Positions 49,726 through 59,961 are shown, numbered from the whole stretch's first letter. The stretch: DNA of 63,973 nucleotides, filler included, from a bacterium (GCA_026985515.1; 6 parts of 6 records of this genome joined end to end with filler, not necessarily neighbours in it); one strand, 5' to 3'. Notes: generated by a model not told the origin, from the sequence alone. Made by a program: numbers and translations.

Positions 49726-50227
49726 GCCCCGCAGGTTTGTTCAATTTCCCCCCTTTTCCGACCTTCAGTCCCTCCGTTAAGTGTGACTCCGTGGAGGTGA
49801 GTTCACTTTAGTAAACCACTTTCACAGCCGACCCGATGGGAGGCTCCGCAAAAAGGATGTCTTCCTCTGCGGGCATTCCACGATTGCTCCGCCTTTATCC
49901 CATCGTGTCTGTCTCCGTCACAGAACCACTCCGGGACAGGAGGTCTCTATCCGCCCCGCAGGTTTGTTCAATTCCCCCCTTTCCGACCTTCTGTCCCTCC
50001 GTTAAGTGTGACTCCGTGGCAGTGGCTTCACTTGAATAAACCACTTTCCCAGCCGACTCGATGGGAGGCTCCGCAAAAAGGATGTCTTCCTCTGCGGGCA
50101 TTCCACGATTGCTCCGCCTTTATCCCATCGTGTCTGTCTCCGTCACAGAACCACTCCGGGACAGAAGGTCTCCACCTGCCCAGAAGGTTATTCACTTTCC
50201 CCCTTTCCGACCTTCTGTCCCTCCGTT
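49726..50227. repeat. Tandem 225-bp structured GC-rich repeat (~2.2 units)
   Basis: Units start at 49726, 49953, 50178; 49836 and 50061 begin long identical stretches; multiple internal stems. Confidence 0.92.
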
Positions 50228-50321
50228 TTTACTCTTGCAGATATAACTCCAGGGAATATGGCTCCCATCGTGATTGAACCAGCATTTATCCCGCTATCTA
50301 TCTGGTATTTAAGTATTTTTC

Positions 50322-50349
50322 TTGACTTGTGGGATTTTAGTGCTACACT
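50322..50349 (+). promoter_or_regulatory. Putative promoter of 50434 lipoprotein gene
   Basis: TTGACT-16 nt-TACACT with extended -10 TG. Confidence 0.5.
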
Positions 50350-50433
50350 TTAGATAGTAAGAGAGAGAAGGATGATGGAAATGAAAAGTGTTAAATTTCA
50401 ATTGCTATCTTCCTTTAAAGGAGGAGCACAACA

Positions 50434-52455
50434 ATGAAGAAAATGATGAAAATCAGTAAATTCTTAGCATTAACTTTTGCATTATCTCTTTTCCTTTTCT
50501 CCTGTCAGCATAAGGAGAATAATTCTTCTTCTCCCTCTCCCTCCTTTTCCCCCATGTCCTTCAGTCTCTCCTATGCTGGGTGGGGGAAGCTGGATATGGA
50601 GAAGAGTCTCAACGATGGTTTTGCAGTTTATGGTTGCAGCAGTGTGAGGTTAAAAGATGTGAAGGTTGCCTCGGTGAATTATGATGGGGAGCCAGATTTA
50701 GAGTTTTTTGGAGCGGTGGGAGGTATGGGTGAGATTGATATTGAGGGAGATAGCTACATCTCGGGGGATCTTGTTTATCCACCCGGAGGTACTTTTTCAG
50801 TTTCTTCTGAAACTGAAGTTAAGGGATTTAAGTATGCCTGGGGAGTGAGTGAATGTCCCTGGTGGAGTTACGAGAGTGCGAACGACTGGAATTTAGCCAG
50901 TACCTATCCATCAGTTTTAACGGTTTCCAGTAAAGTGACTCTTGAAGCAGGAGGATACAGATTCAGGTTGCTGGATATAGAGGGAGGAGGGGAGCTGTAT
51001 GGAAGGGATGTCAGTATTGTTGCTGAGAGGGTTGTTGTAAATGGTGGGAAACTGGTTATAGGGAGGGGTCTCCTGATTTCGGAGAATTTTGAAGTTAATT
51101 CTGGAGAAGTATCAGGCATAATATTTACAGATATTTTCTCGGGGAGGGATGTTGTTCTGAAGGGGAAAATTTCTGCAGAGAGTGTTTTAATTGACAAAGG
51201 GCAGGTGTTTTACAATGGAGATATTATATGCCGTGAAAATATATGTCAGATTCCCTACAGCCTGGAAGTTAGTGGTGGAGTTGTAAGGAAAGGATTTCTG
51301 AAAATTACAACAAATTACTTCTCCACTTTTACGCGGGTGAAACTTTCTTATTTTAAAGATCCAAAAACACGCTGGCCGTGGTGGGAGAATTTTGAAAAAA
51401 ATAGATACCTGCCAGTGGGAACAATTGATAAGAAGGATGGCCTTAGCTATTTACTGCAACTTGCCCTGGTAATGAAGAAACTCGGGTATTGTCTGAGGTG
51501 GATCCGGCTTAGCTGGTCCTGTTGTGGTTATCCGGAGTGGACGCCTTCGGTAAGCAACAGAAAACCCGGCTTATTTTATCTTACAAGATTACTGAGGGAG
51601 GTGGGTAGGAAGGGAGAAAAAGAGGGGAAATTGTTACCGTTTGTAGTGGCAGGTATGGGAGATGCTTCATATGTAGATCTTACCAGAGTGTTCCAGTGGA
51701 ATGAATATCAAAGTTATCTTACTACTGAGATACCCCTTTATAGAGGTCTCTCTGAGGATGGTTATGTTATAGATTTTTCTAAAGTATTCCGTGGCACTGA
51801 GTATCAAAATTACCTTAATTATATTACTGAGGTATCCGGTATAGATAATCCTGATGCTCTGCCTGCTGAGTGGAAAAGCTATGCTGAATGGGTGTCCAGC
51901 AGTTGCAGGTCAAGTGAGTTTGTACCCCGTTCAGTTACTGATTCTATTGGGAAAAGCGGAATGTATGAAATAGCAAATAATATATGCTGGAAAGGTTGGG
52001 CATGTTGTGGTGATGATAAGCCGCTTCCTGTTTCTGAAGTTACTCCTGTGTTAATAGGGCATTTTCTTACAGACAATAAAACTTACGCCGATGATCTGAA
52101 AGTGCAACTTTCTTCCATTCTGACTGAAAATGGTTTTATCAATGAAGATTATTGCCCTTATTACCCTTCGTCCGGAGAAGATTGTGAGATAGTGAAGAGC
52201 GGGTGGCTGACTGGGGAGAAGTCACCCATATTCTTGCATTTTTATTCGATAAGTAATTCGTGGCATTATCTGGATAGAGATTTTCTGCAGGACATTCAGA
52301 ATGTAAAGAAAGTCTTTGAAGATATTTCGAGATACATAAAAGAGACTGGTCCAGCAGAAGTTACAGGTAGTGTCACAGTGGAGCATGGTGTTCAGGTAGG
52401 AGAGTGTTGTGAAGATTGTATAAGACTTGATTACCAAAAATCAACAATTCCTTAG
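50434..52455 (+). CDS. Hypothetical Cys-rich lipoprotein with beta-helix-like N-terminal domain
   Basis: RBS AAAGGAGG, lipobox LFSC, Ser/Pro linker, SLNDGFAVYGC domain resembling 35241-36167. Confidence 0.75.
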   Translation: MKKMMKISKFLALTFALSLFLFSCQHKENNSSSPSPSFSPMSFSLSYAGWGKLDMEKSLNDGFAVYGCSSVRLKDVKVASVNYDGEPDLEFFGAVGGMGEIDIEGDSYISGDLVYPPGGTFSVSSETEVKGFKYAWGVSECPWWSYESANDWNLASTYPSVLTVSSKVTLEAGGYRFRLLDIEGGGELYGRDVSIVAERVVVNGGKLVIGRGLLISENFEVNSGEVSGIIFTDIFSGRDVVLKGKISAESVLIDKGQVFYNGDIICRENICQIPYSLEVSGGVVRKGFLKITTNYFSTFTRVKLSYFKDPKTRWPWWENFEKNRYLPVGTIDKKDGLSYLLQLALVMKKLGYCLRWIRLSWSCCGYPEWTPSVSNRKPGLFYLTRLLREVGRKGEKEGKLLPFVVAGMGDASYVDLTRVFQWNEYQSYLTTEIPLYRGLSEDGYVIDFSKVFRGTEYQNYLNYITEVSGIDNPDALPAEWKSYAEWVSSSCRSSEFVPRSVTDSIGKSGMYEIANNICWKGWACCGDDKPLPVSEVTPVLIGHFLTDNKTYADDLKVQLSSILTENGFINEDYCPYYPSSGEDCEIVKSGWLTGEKSPIFLHFYSISNSWHYLDRDFLQDIQNVKKVFEDISRYIKETGPAEVTGSVTVEHGVQVGECCEDCIRLDYQKSTIP

Positions 52456-52529
52456 ATGGTAATATCTAAAGTGACATCTGTAACAATCGCATTCTTTTCC
52501 TTTTCCCCTCCCTCTGCTATAATATACCC

Positions 52530-53185
52530 ATGAAGAAGATCCCCTATGGAGTAGCCAATTACTGGAAGTTAAGGAAGCAGAATTTTTATTTTGTTGATAA
52601 GACTCATTTCATACCCAAAATAGAAGACCTGGGTAGCCAGTATCTCTTCTTTCTCCGTCCCCGCAGGTTTGGTAAATCCCTCTTTCTCTCCATTTTAGAG
52701 CATTACTACGACATCAGGATGGAGGAGCATTTTGAGGATTTATTTGGAGATACCTACATAGGTAGGAATCCCACGCCTCTGAGGAACAGCTTTGCAGTGC
52801 TGAAGTTTAATTTTTCAGGGATACCTGTACATGGGGATCTGAGGGAGACGGAGCATTCCTTTAACAGGAGTGTTAAGAGGGATGTGGCGAGTTTTTTTGT
52901 GAGATACAGTGAGATTTATCCTGATCTGGAAAAGGTGAAAGACATTGTACTGAGTGAAGAATTTGCAGGAGACATAATGGACAATCTCATCAAGGTGCTG
53001 GCGGACATAGGTGTGAGTTACTACCTTCTTATAGATGAGTATGACAATTTTGCCAATAACATTCTGATGCAGCATGGAAGGTTAAATTACAGGGATGTAA
53101 CCCATGCGGGGGGATTTTTGAGGAGTTTCTTTGCAGTGATAAAGAATGGAACAGAGAACAGGGTCATAGAGAGGATGTTTGTGAC
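52530..53185 (+). CDS. AAA-ATPase-like protein (family usually fused to a PD-(D/E)XK nuclease), 3' truncated
   Basis: IPYGVANY, FVDKT, LRPRRFGKSL, LIDEYDNF. Confidence 0.88.
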
Positions 53186-53285
53186 NNNNNNNNNNNNNNN
53201 NNNNNNNNNNNNNNNNNNNNNNNNNNNNNTTAATTAATTAANNNNNNNNNNNNNNNNNNNNNNNNNNNNNNNNNNNNNNNNNNNN
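53186..53285. other. Artificial contig linker
   Basis: N-run with TTAATTAATTAA. Confidence 0.98.
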
Positions 53286-53286
53286 C

Positions 53287-54792
53287 GTTTTAACTGGTCA
53301 GAAACTCAATGCACTCAACAACATCATTCCCCCTTTCCTCCTTGTCTATGGACTTGCTGATTCAATACACCAGATTAACCGCTACTATGAGGAAGTACCC
53401 AAATTTCCTGTCAAAATTGACGCAATCAGGTCTATGCTTGCTGCAATGGCCCTTGCATGTTTGATGACAAGTGTAACCACAGCCGTTGGGTTTGCTGCCA
53501 ATTACACAGCAAAGATCTCCATTGTAAAGAAATTTGGACTGCTTGCAGCCGGCGGTGTGATGATAGCCTATGTTGTTACCATTATTTTTGTACCATCCAT
53601 GCTTTCATTCTTTAAGAAACCTGAAGTCTGGATAAAAAAAGAACTTGACAAAGGGTTACTGGGAAAATTCCTTGTATGGATCAGCAGGGTAAATGAAAGA
53701 CACACAAGACTTGTTCTGCTTCTTGCTATTTTTACAGTTTTTCTTGCTATTCTTGGCATTACGAAAATGAGAATAGAACACAGAATGTTGCAGGAATTAA
53801 AGAGAAATCATCCGGTAAGTGTGGCAAATAGAATGATGGAACAGCATCTCTCCGGTGTCATTCCCCTTGAAATAGCAGTATATTCTGACGAACCGGACAG
53901 GATGAAAGACCCTGATTTATTGAAGAAATTAGACAGGCTGGAAGAATTTATTGAAAAGCAGGATGGTGTAAGTAATGTCATAAGTTTTATGGACCTTTTA
54001 AAAAGAATGAACCAGGCATTCCACAATGATGATCCGAAGTATTACAAAATACCCGACAGCAGAAATCTGATTGCACAGTATCTTCTCCTCTACTCCATGT
54101 CGGGGGGACAGGACCTGACTGGAAAACTTCTCACAGAAGATTACTCAAAGATGAGAATAAGTATAAGAACCAAAGATTACGGTAGTAAATGGTTTTTCTC
54201 CCTCTTAAACAGAATCAAGAAGTTTCAGAAGAAATTGAATATTCCGAAAGACGTGAAAATTCACTACACAGGATCATCACTCATTGTTAATAAGGCCCTC
54301 GAACATGTTGTAAAAGACCTCATGAGCAGTTTCATCGTGGCATTTTTCCTGGTTTTTCTGCTTGTGTTTATAGAGTTCGGTTCAATAAGGTTAGCCGCAC
54401 TCAGCATGATCCCCACCACCTTACCCATGATTTTTACAATGGGATTTATGGGTTTCGTGGGAATCCCGCTGAGAATGTCAACAGTTGTTATTTTCAGCAT
54501 ATCCATGGGTATAGCTATTGACAATGTTATCCACTATGTGGCACGCTATAAAGAGGAATTGCACTCAGGCCTCGGTTACCATTCAGCTATGTACAAAACA
54601 ATCATAAGCTCCGGGAGAGCAATTGTTTCAACCACCTTCCTGGTAATTGCAGGCTTTTTGATTCTGGTAACTTCCAATTTTGTGGCAACGATAGACCTTG
54701 GACTTCTTGGAAGTATAACCCTTTTTATTGGGTTGATAAGTGCTTTATTCTTCCTCCCCGTTCTCATACTGACACTGAGACCAAAGCTGTAA
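53287..54792 (+). CDS. MMPL/RND-family transporter, 5' truncated
   Basis: GLADSIH, TSVTTAVGF, GIAIDNVIHY; open from contig edge. Confidence 0.88.
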   Translation, partial: VLTGQKLNALNNIIPPFLLVYGLADSIHQINRYYEEVPKFPVKIDAIRSMLAAMALACLMTSVTTAVGFAANYTAKISIVKKFGLLAAGGVMIAYVVTIIFVPSMLSFFKKPEVWIKKELDKGLLGKFLVWISRVNERHTRLVLLLAIFTVFLAILGITKMRIEHRMLQELKRNHPVSVANRMMEQHLSGVIPLEIAVYSDEPDRMKDPDLLKKLDRLEEFIEKQDGVSNVISFMDLLKRMNQAFHNDDPKYYKIPDSRNLIAQYLLLYSMSGGQDLTGKLLTEDYSKMRISIRTKDYGSKWFFSLLNRIKKFQKKLNIPKDVKIHYTGSSLIVNKALEHVVKDLMSSFIVAFFLVFLLVFIEFGSIRLAALSMIPTTLPMIFTMGFMGFVGIPLRMSTVVIFSISMGIAIDNVIHYVARYKEELHSGLGYHSAMYKTIISSGRAIVSTTFLVIAGFLILVTSNFVATIDLGLLGSITLFIGLISALFFLPVLILTLRPKL

Positions 54793-54835
54793 AGGTTCTC
54801 TTGCCCTGATAAAGGAAATATGTATTATCTCAAAT

Positions 54836-55777
54836 ATGAGAGTACTTCTTTTGACAATTCTGTTAACTGCTGTTTTAATTTCGTGCTCAACGAATACAGA
54901 AAAAAAAGAGAATTTTCATCCCATATCATGGGCCTATCAGTTACAGGGAGCAGATCCTGAAGAAATTGAGACATCAGGTTTCAAACTGATAGTAATGGAC
55001 TATTCAAGAGACGGCAGTGAAAATAGTATCTATTCAAAAGATGAGATCAATTCAATTAAATCCCACGGAGTTATTCCCGTTGCCTATATAAGTATTGGAG
55101 AAGCTGAAGACTACAGGTTTTACTGGAAGGAAGAATGGCAGAAAAACCCCCCTGACTGGCTCGGACCCGAAAATCCCGAGTGGAAGGGTAACTATGCAGT
55201 TAAATACTGGGATTCACAATGGCAGAAAATAATTTTCACATATATAGACAAAATTCTACAACAGGGCTTTTCAGGTATCTATCTGGATAAAGTGGATGAA
55301 TTTGAATTCTGGGTAGCAAAAGGCTACAAAGAAGAATTTACAGCAGAGAAGATGATTGATTTTATTATCAGTATCTCAAAATATACGAGGAACAGAAAAG
55401 GAAAAAATTTTCTCATAATTCCTCAAAATGGAGAGGGTATTCTTAAATTTGATGATGGAAGGTTACTGAATGAAATTGATGGATGGGCTGCTGAAGATCT
55501 TTTCTTTAACGGGACCAGAAGATGGTCTGATGAAGAGCAAAAGTGGATAAATGAAAACAGAATCACTATGCTCCAGAAGATCATTAAAAATGATAAATTT
55601 GTCCTCTGCGTGGATTACGTTGATGATGGAAGCGGATATTACGGAGACAACCTGGAACGAATCAAAAATTTCATATCAATGGCTCTACAACATAAATTTT
55701 CTCCATATGCGGCAAGATCAGACAGGGAACTCAATCTTCTCAACATCATACCCGGGATTCAACCCGGTAACTTCTAA
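54836..55777 (+). CDS. Lipoprotein, GH114/TM1410-type endo-alpha-1,4-polygalactosaminidase-like
   Basis: Lipobox LISC; WAYQLQ, AYISIGEAEDYRFYW, GFSGIYLDKVD, IIPQNG. Confidence 0.85.
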   Translation: MRVLLLTILLTAVLISCSTNTEKKENFHPISWAYQLQGADPEEIETSGFKLIVMDYSRDGSENSIYSKDEINSIKSHGVIPVAYISIGEAEDYRFYWKEEWQKNPPDWLGPENPEWKGNYAVKYWDSQWQKIIFTYIDKILQQGFSGIYLDKVDEFEFWVAKGYKEEFTAEKMIDFIISISKYTRNRKGKNFLIIPQNGEGILKFDDGRLLNEIDGWAAEDLFFNGTRRWSDEEQKWINENRITMLQKIIKNDKFVLCVDYVDDGSGYYGDNLERIKNFISMALQHKFSPYAARSDRELNLLNIIPGIQPGNF

Positions 55778-55807
55778 AATCAGTAAAAAGGTTCTATAAT
55801 TTTTCTG

Positions 55808-56434
55808 ATGAGAAAAACAGAAAAGCCCGTAACAAGAATATTTACCACCAGAAAAGTGGTGGCACTCACCTTTGATGCCTGTGAAACAGTTCATCCATCC
55901 TACTTTGATACCCGTATCCTTAACTTTCTAATCTCCTATTCTGTTCCATCAACTATTTTTGTAAGTGGGAAATTTGCTCTTCGCAATGCAGGTACACTTA
56001 AAAAGATCTCTGCTTTTCCCTTCTTTGAAATTGAAAATCACTCATTCAATCACTACCTGCACATGGAAAGATTGCCGGATCCACAGATAGTAAGTGAAGT
56101 GAAAACAACTGAAGAGATAATCCTGAGCATCACTGGCTACAGAACCAGATTCTTCAGATTCCCCGGAGGAAATTACAACACCCATGCTCTCGAAATTGTG
56201 GAATCACTTGGATACAGAGTGATACAATGGACATTCCCCAGCGGAGACCCTGATAAGCATGCTTCTGCACTCAAGCTCTTCCAGTGGGTAACATGGAAAA
56301 CGAGGCCTGGAGATATACTCATATTCCACATCAATGGAAGGGGATGGCACACCCATGAAGCCCTGCCACGTATCTACACCTATCTCATCAGGAGAGGATA
56401 CAAATTTGTAAAAATTGAAGATGTAATTCACTGA
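55808..56434 (+). CDS. Polysaccharide deacetylase (CE4/NodB)
   Basis: ALTFDAC, ENHSFNH, FRFPGG, ILIFHING. Confidence 0.88.
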   Translation: MRKTEKPVTRIFTTRKVVALTFDACETVHPSYFDTRILNFLISYSVPSTIFVSGKFALRNAGTLKKISAFPFFEIENHSFNHYLHMERLPDPQIVSEVKTTEEIILSITGYRTRFFRFPGGNYNTHALEIVESLGYRVIQWTFPSGDPDKHASALKLFQWVTWKTRPGDILIFHINGRGWHTHEALPRIYTYLIRRGYKFVKIEDVIH

Positions 56435-57726
56435 TTCAATTTGAAAAGATAAAAAACAATACCACTTGGAATTTTGGGATAAAAAAAGGTTGATTTTTGA
56501 GGCATTCTCTCACCTATTGAGGTTACACTTTCCACATCTTCCATAGCAAGAGGCTTCATCAAAAATAGAAAGTCACCCTTTCCCTCTTTCAAAAACTCAA
56601 TTCCTTTCTTCAACTCTTTGATATAAATAATATTTCTCTGTTTCGCCTGCTCTTCCATGGTGATTCCAAGCAATTTTTCAAGTATACCTCTGTGGAGAAG
56701 ATTTACATTAAGCTTTCTGAGGGGCTCAGGGAGATCTGATAGAAGCCTTTCCACAGTTTCCTTCTCCGGTATTACTTCAAAACTACCTTCTCCTGTCATC
56801 AGAATAAAGGGGGCATCGCTTCTGTCAAGTAATTCGTAAATCCTCTCAATGGGGGTATCGAGATCTATATCGGCTTTCCGGAGCTTAAAATGTTCACTCA
56901 ACCTCTCAAGTAAAATCCCTCTTCTATTTCCAAGGGAATGAAGTAATCTGTGAGTTGGGAGAATTAAAAGTCCCTCATCCTCACTGTTAACCAGATACAT
57001 CATAACATAATCCACAGGATGATCCTCATTTTCAGGTATGTTGTACTTTGATCTGTAATACTTTTTGAAGTTGAGAGCAGTTTCATACCTGTGATGACCA
57101 TCAGCAATGAAAAGTTTTTTATCTGCCAGTGTATCCTCAACCAGTCTTACCATTTCCTCATCCCTGATCACCCATACTTTTGTTGGAATGCCAGCCGTGT
57201 CAATAAAAGAAAAGTCGGGCTCCCCAAGAGATTCCCATTTCTTTTCAAGAGTCAGGTCAGGATCCTTATAAAGGGAAAAAACAGGTGATAAATTTCCTTC
57301 CACTGCCTGCATCAATTTAAATCTGTCTTCCTTTGGAGCATCTAAAGTTCTCTCATGAGGTTTGACTCCTGCCCCCAGTTCTTCAAGTTTTACCCTTCCA
57401 ATAAATCCTTTTCTCTTTAATCTCCTTCCGGTCTCAAGTGTATACTCCTGCTCAATAAAGTAAAAAGCAGGACTATCCTTTATCAGTACCCCCTCAGATA
57501 GCCAGTTATCAAGATACTCCTTTGCACGTGTATATCGGTTTTGCCCCTCATTGTTCTCCTCATAAATCTTGCCAAGTATTAATCTGACCACATTGTACGG
57601 AGAACTTTGGTACAATCTTTCCTGCTCCTCCTCCGAAATTACGTCATAGGGAGGTGCAACAACCTCATCAAGATTTACTTTTTCTGGATTATACCTTACT
57701 CCTGCAAAAGGTTTTACCACTGCCAT
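56428..57726 (-). CDS. DUF1015 family protein
   Basis: APPYDVI, PHERT, IADGHHRYETA, MPQKSTFFYPK. Confidence 0.9.
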   Translation of the reverse strand: MAVVKPFAGVRYNPEKVNLDEVVAPPYDVISEEEQERLYQSSPYNVVRLILGKIYEENNEGQNRYTRAKEYLDNWLSEGVLIKDSPAFYFIEQEYTLETGRRLKRKGFIGRVKLEELGAGVKPHERTLDAPKEDRFKLMQAVEGNLSPVFSLYKDPDLTLEKKWESLGEPDFSFIDTAGIPTKVWVIRDEEMVRLVEDTLADKKLFIADGHHRYETALNFKKYYRSKYNIPENEDHPVDYVMMYLVNSEDEGLLILPTHRLLHSLGNRRGILLERLSEHFKLRKADIDLDTPIERIYELLDRSDAPFILMTGEGSFEVIPEKETVERLLSDLPEPLRKLNVNLLHRGILEKLLGITMEEQAKQRNIIYIKELKKGIEFLKEGKGDFLFLMKPLAMEDVESVTSIGERMPQKSTFFYPKIPSGIVFYLFKLNQ

Positions 57727-57815
57727 CAAAAACTCCTCTTTAAAATTTATTCAATTATATTGATTTTCCTTCATCAGGCAATAATGAAGGGCAGAGAAAA
57801 GTAAGAAACAACAGA

Positions 57816-57833
57816 GGAGGGAAATAACCCTCC
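57816..57833 (-). terminator. Putative intrinsic terminator after fprA
   Basis: GGAGGG-6 nt-CCCTCC hairpin immediately after stop, followed by T-rich tract on - strand. Confidence 0.5.
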
Positions 57834-57837
57834 CCTT

Positions 57838-58741
57838 TCACATTAAATTCAATTCCTTATGCTTTGCAATGATCTTTTCTACAAATTCATCAAGTTTTGA
57901 GAAAGCTTCCTTATCAGGGTGGCCCTTTATCATAAGAGGTTCCACCCATTCCATCTTCAGAGAGGAAAGGAGGGATTTAAGCTGATCGACACCCTTTCCA
58001 CCCCAACCGTATGAACCGGTTATTGAAATAATCTTTGTTTTGGGACGAAGGGCATTAACAAAATACGCAGCGTAAACCATAGCAGGATGAGCACCACTCA
58101 AAACATATGGAGTGGCAAAAATTATGGTTGATGCATCCACTATTTCAAGGGAAAGCTTCCCAATGTCTTCCTTTATAAGATTTATAGGGAGAACTTCCAT
58201 TCCCCTTTCGGTAAAAGAATCCACAATATAGTTCACTATTGCCTCTGTGCTCCCGTGCATAGAAACATAGGGAATGATAACTTTGTTAACCACTTTGTCA
58301 GAGATCCAGTCTCTGTAAGCATCCATTATAAGTTCAGGCTTATTGTATACAGGCCCATGGCTGGGAGCAATAAATTTTATTTCTTTTCCGGAAATCTTTT
58401 CAATATTTTTCTTTATATGATTCCTGAACGGCATCATTATTTCTGCGTAGTACCTTTTTGCATCTTCAATTACCTTATATTCGTCATACACAAAAAGGTG
58501 ACTAGTAGCCCTGTGGGACCCAAAAAAATCACAGGAGAAGAGAATTTTATCCTCTTCCAGATAGGTGCTCATCGTTTCAGGCCAGTGCACCCATGGGGTA
58601 AAGATGAACTCCAGAGTTTTCCCGCCCAGAGAAAGCTTTTCCCCCTCTTTCACCACCATAAACTTTTCCTCCGGAATATGCAAAAGATCCATCAGCATAC
58701 CTTTACATTTGGCATTGGTTACCACAATGGCTTCAGGAAAT
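57838..58741 (-). CDS. fprA: Flavodiiron protein (FprA/A-type flavoprotein), 5' truncated
   Basis: PWVHWPETM, FSCDFFG, IAPSHG, YVSMHGSTE, GSYGWGG. Confidence 0.9.
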
Positions 58742-58841
58742 NNNNNNNNNNNNNNNNNNNNNNNNNNNNNNNNNNNNNNNNNNNNTTAATTAATTAANNN
58801 NNNNNNNNNNNNNNNNNNNNNNNNNNNNNNNNNNNNNNNNN
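58742..58841. other. Artificial contig linker
   Basis: N-run with TTAATTAATTAA. Confidence 0.98.
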
Positions 58842-59080
58842 GCCCATATTGCTGAGAGGAAAACAAGTATGATGCTACCTGTAATTGAATTTAATATTCC
58901 GCCTCCCTTTACTCCGGGAGGTGCAGGAATGTGGGTGAGTATGGATAGATTGAATGCCTTTATTCCTTTTTCAATTATCTGAATGAGAATAAAAAACAGT
59001 GGCACCAGTGATAACACAACTGTAATTACTACAAGAAGAGTAAAAAATTTCTCTTTCAAAATCCTTTTTCTTTCGCTCAT
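58842..59080 (-). CDS. pstA: Phosphate ABC permease PstA, 3' truncated
   Basis: GGGILNSITGS; follows pstC. Confidence 0.85.
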
Positions 59081-59961
59081 TTCCAGGCACTCGTTTTTTC
59101 AATTATTAATTGACCTATGAGATTAAAGATAAAGGTAAAAATAAAAAGCCATAGTCCGATCTGTATCAGGGCACTGAGATGAATATCTTTCGTTGCTTCG
59201 GTAAATTCGTTGGCAATAACAGATGCCATGGTGTTTCCAGGGCTAAAAATTGATGTTGGAATCTGGTTTGAATTGCCTATGACCATTGTAACTGCCATTG
59301 TTTCACCAAATGCTCTTCCAAAGGCGAGCATTATTCCTGCAATAATACCAGATCTTGCATATGGAATAACGATTTTTTTTATGACCTCATATCTGGTTGC
59401 GCCCGTGGAGTAACCTGCTTCAATTAACTCGACCGGTACAAGCCTTACAACCTCTCTTATCATTGAAGAGGAATATGGAATTATCATTATTGAGAGAAGA
59501 ATAGATGCGGTCAATATTCCAGTACCGTAGGGAATAAGACCAAATTTTATTTCCATTTTCTGGATTAGCGGTACAATAAAAAGTAGCCCCCAGAAACCAA
59601 AGATTACAGAGGGTATGCCTGCGATGAGATCAGATAATGTGTTTATGATTTCACTGATTTTACCGTTTGTATAAAAAACTCCTGAAAATATTCCCAAGGA
59701 GAGTGAAAAAGGAATAGATATGAGCAGTGAAAGAACAGATGTTACCAGTGTCCCGATTAGAAATGGTAGCATTCCGAATTTATCTGTTGCTGGATCCCAT
59801 ATAGTTCCCGTAATGAAGTGGATACCAAATTTCTTCAGGGAGAGTAAACTTCCTTTGAAAAGGAAGAAAAAACTGATCATAACAATAGCTAAAAAGAAAA
59901 TAGCCCCTCCCCATAATAGTATTTTAAAAAGGGTGTCACTAAAACTCCGCTCAGGTTTCAT
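59077..59961 (-). CDS. pstC: Phosphate ABC permease PstC
   Basis: AGIPSVIFGFWG, GRAFGETMAV, TMASVIANEF. Confidence 0.93.
   Translation of the reverse strand: MKPERSFSDTLFKILLWGGAIFFLAIVMISFFFLFKGSLLSLKKFGIHFITGTIWDPATDKFGMLPFLIGTLVTSVLSLLISIPFSLSLGIFSGVFYTNGKISEIINTLSDLIAGIPSVIFGFWGLLFIVPLIQKMEIKFGLIPYGTGILTASILLSIMIIPYSSSMIREVVRLVPVELIEAGYSTGATRYEVIKKIVIPYARSGIIAGIMLAFGRAFGETMAVTMVIGNSNQIPTSIFSPGNTMASVIANEFTEATKDIHLSALIQIGLWLFIFTFIFNLIGQLIIEKTSAWK

Noticed and set aside
49721-49760. Cobalamin riboswitch (CTGCCCCGCA resembles part of the consensus)
   Set aside because: Other conserved elements are absent or out of order, and no B12-related gene follows
49836-50277. Short ORFs within the 225-bp repeat as real peptides
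   Set aside because: ORFs on both strands stop within each unit, lack an RBS, and are better explained as by-products of a GC-rich repeat
20909-58841. Recurring TTAATTAATTAA inside N-runs as a biological repeat
   Set aside because: Standard artificial contig-joining spacer; also means cross-linker synteny (e.g. GRE operon next to CRISPR) is not real
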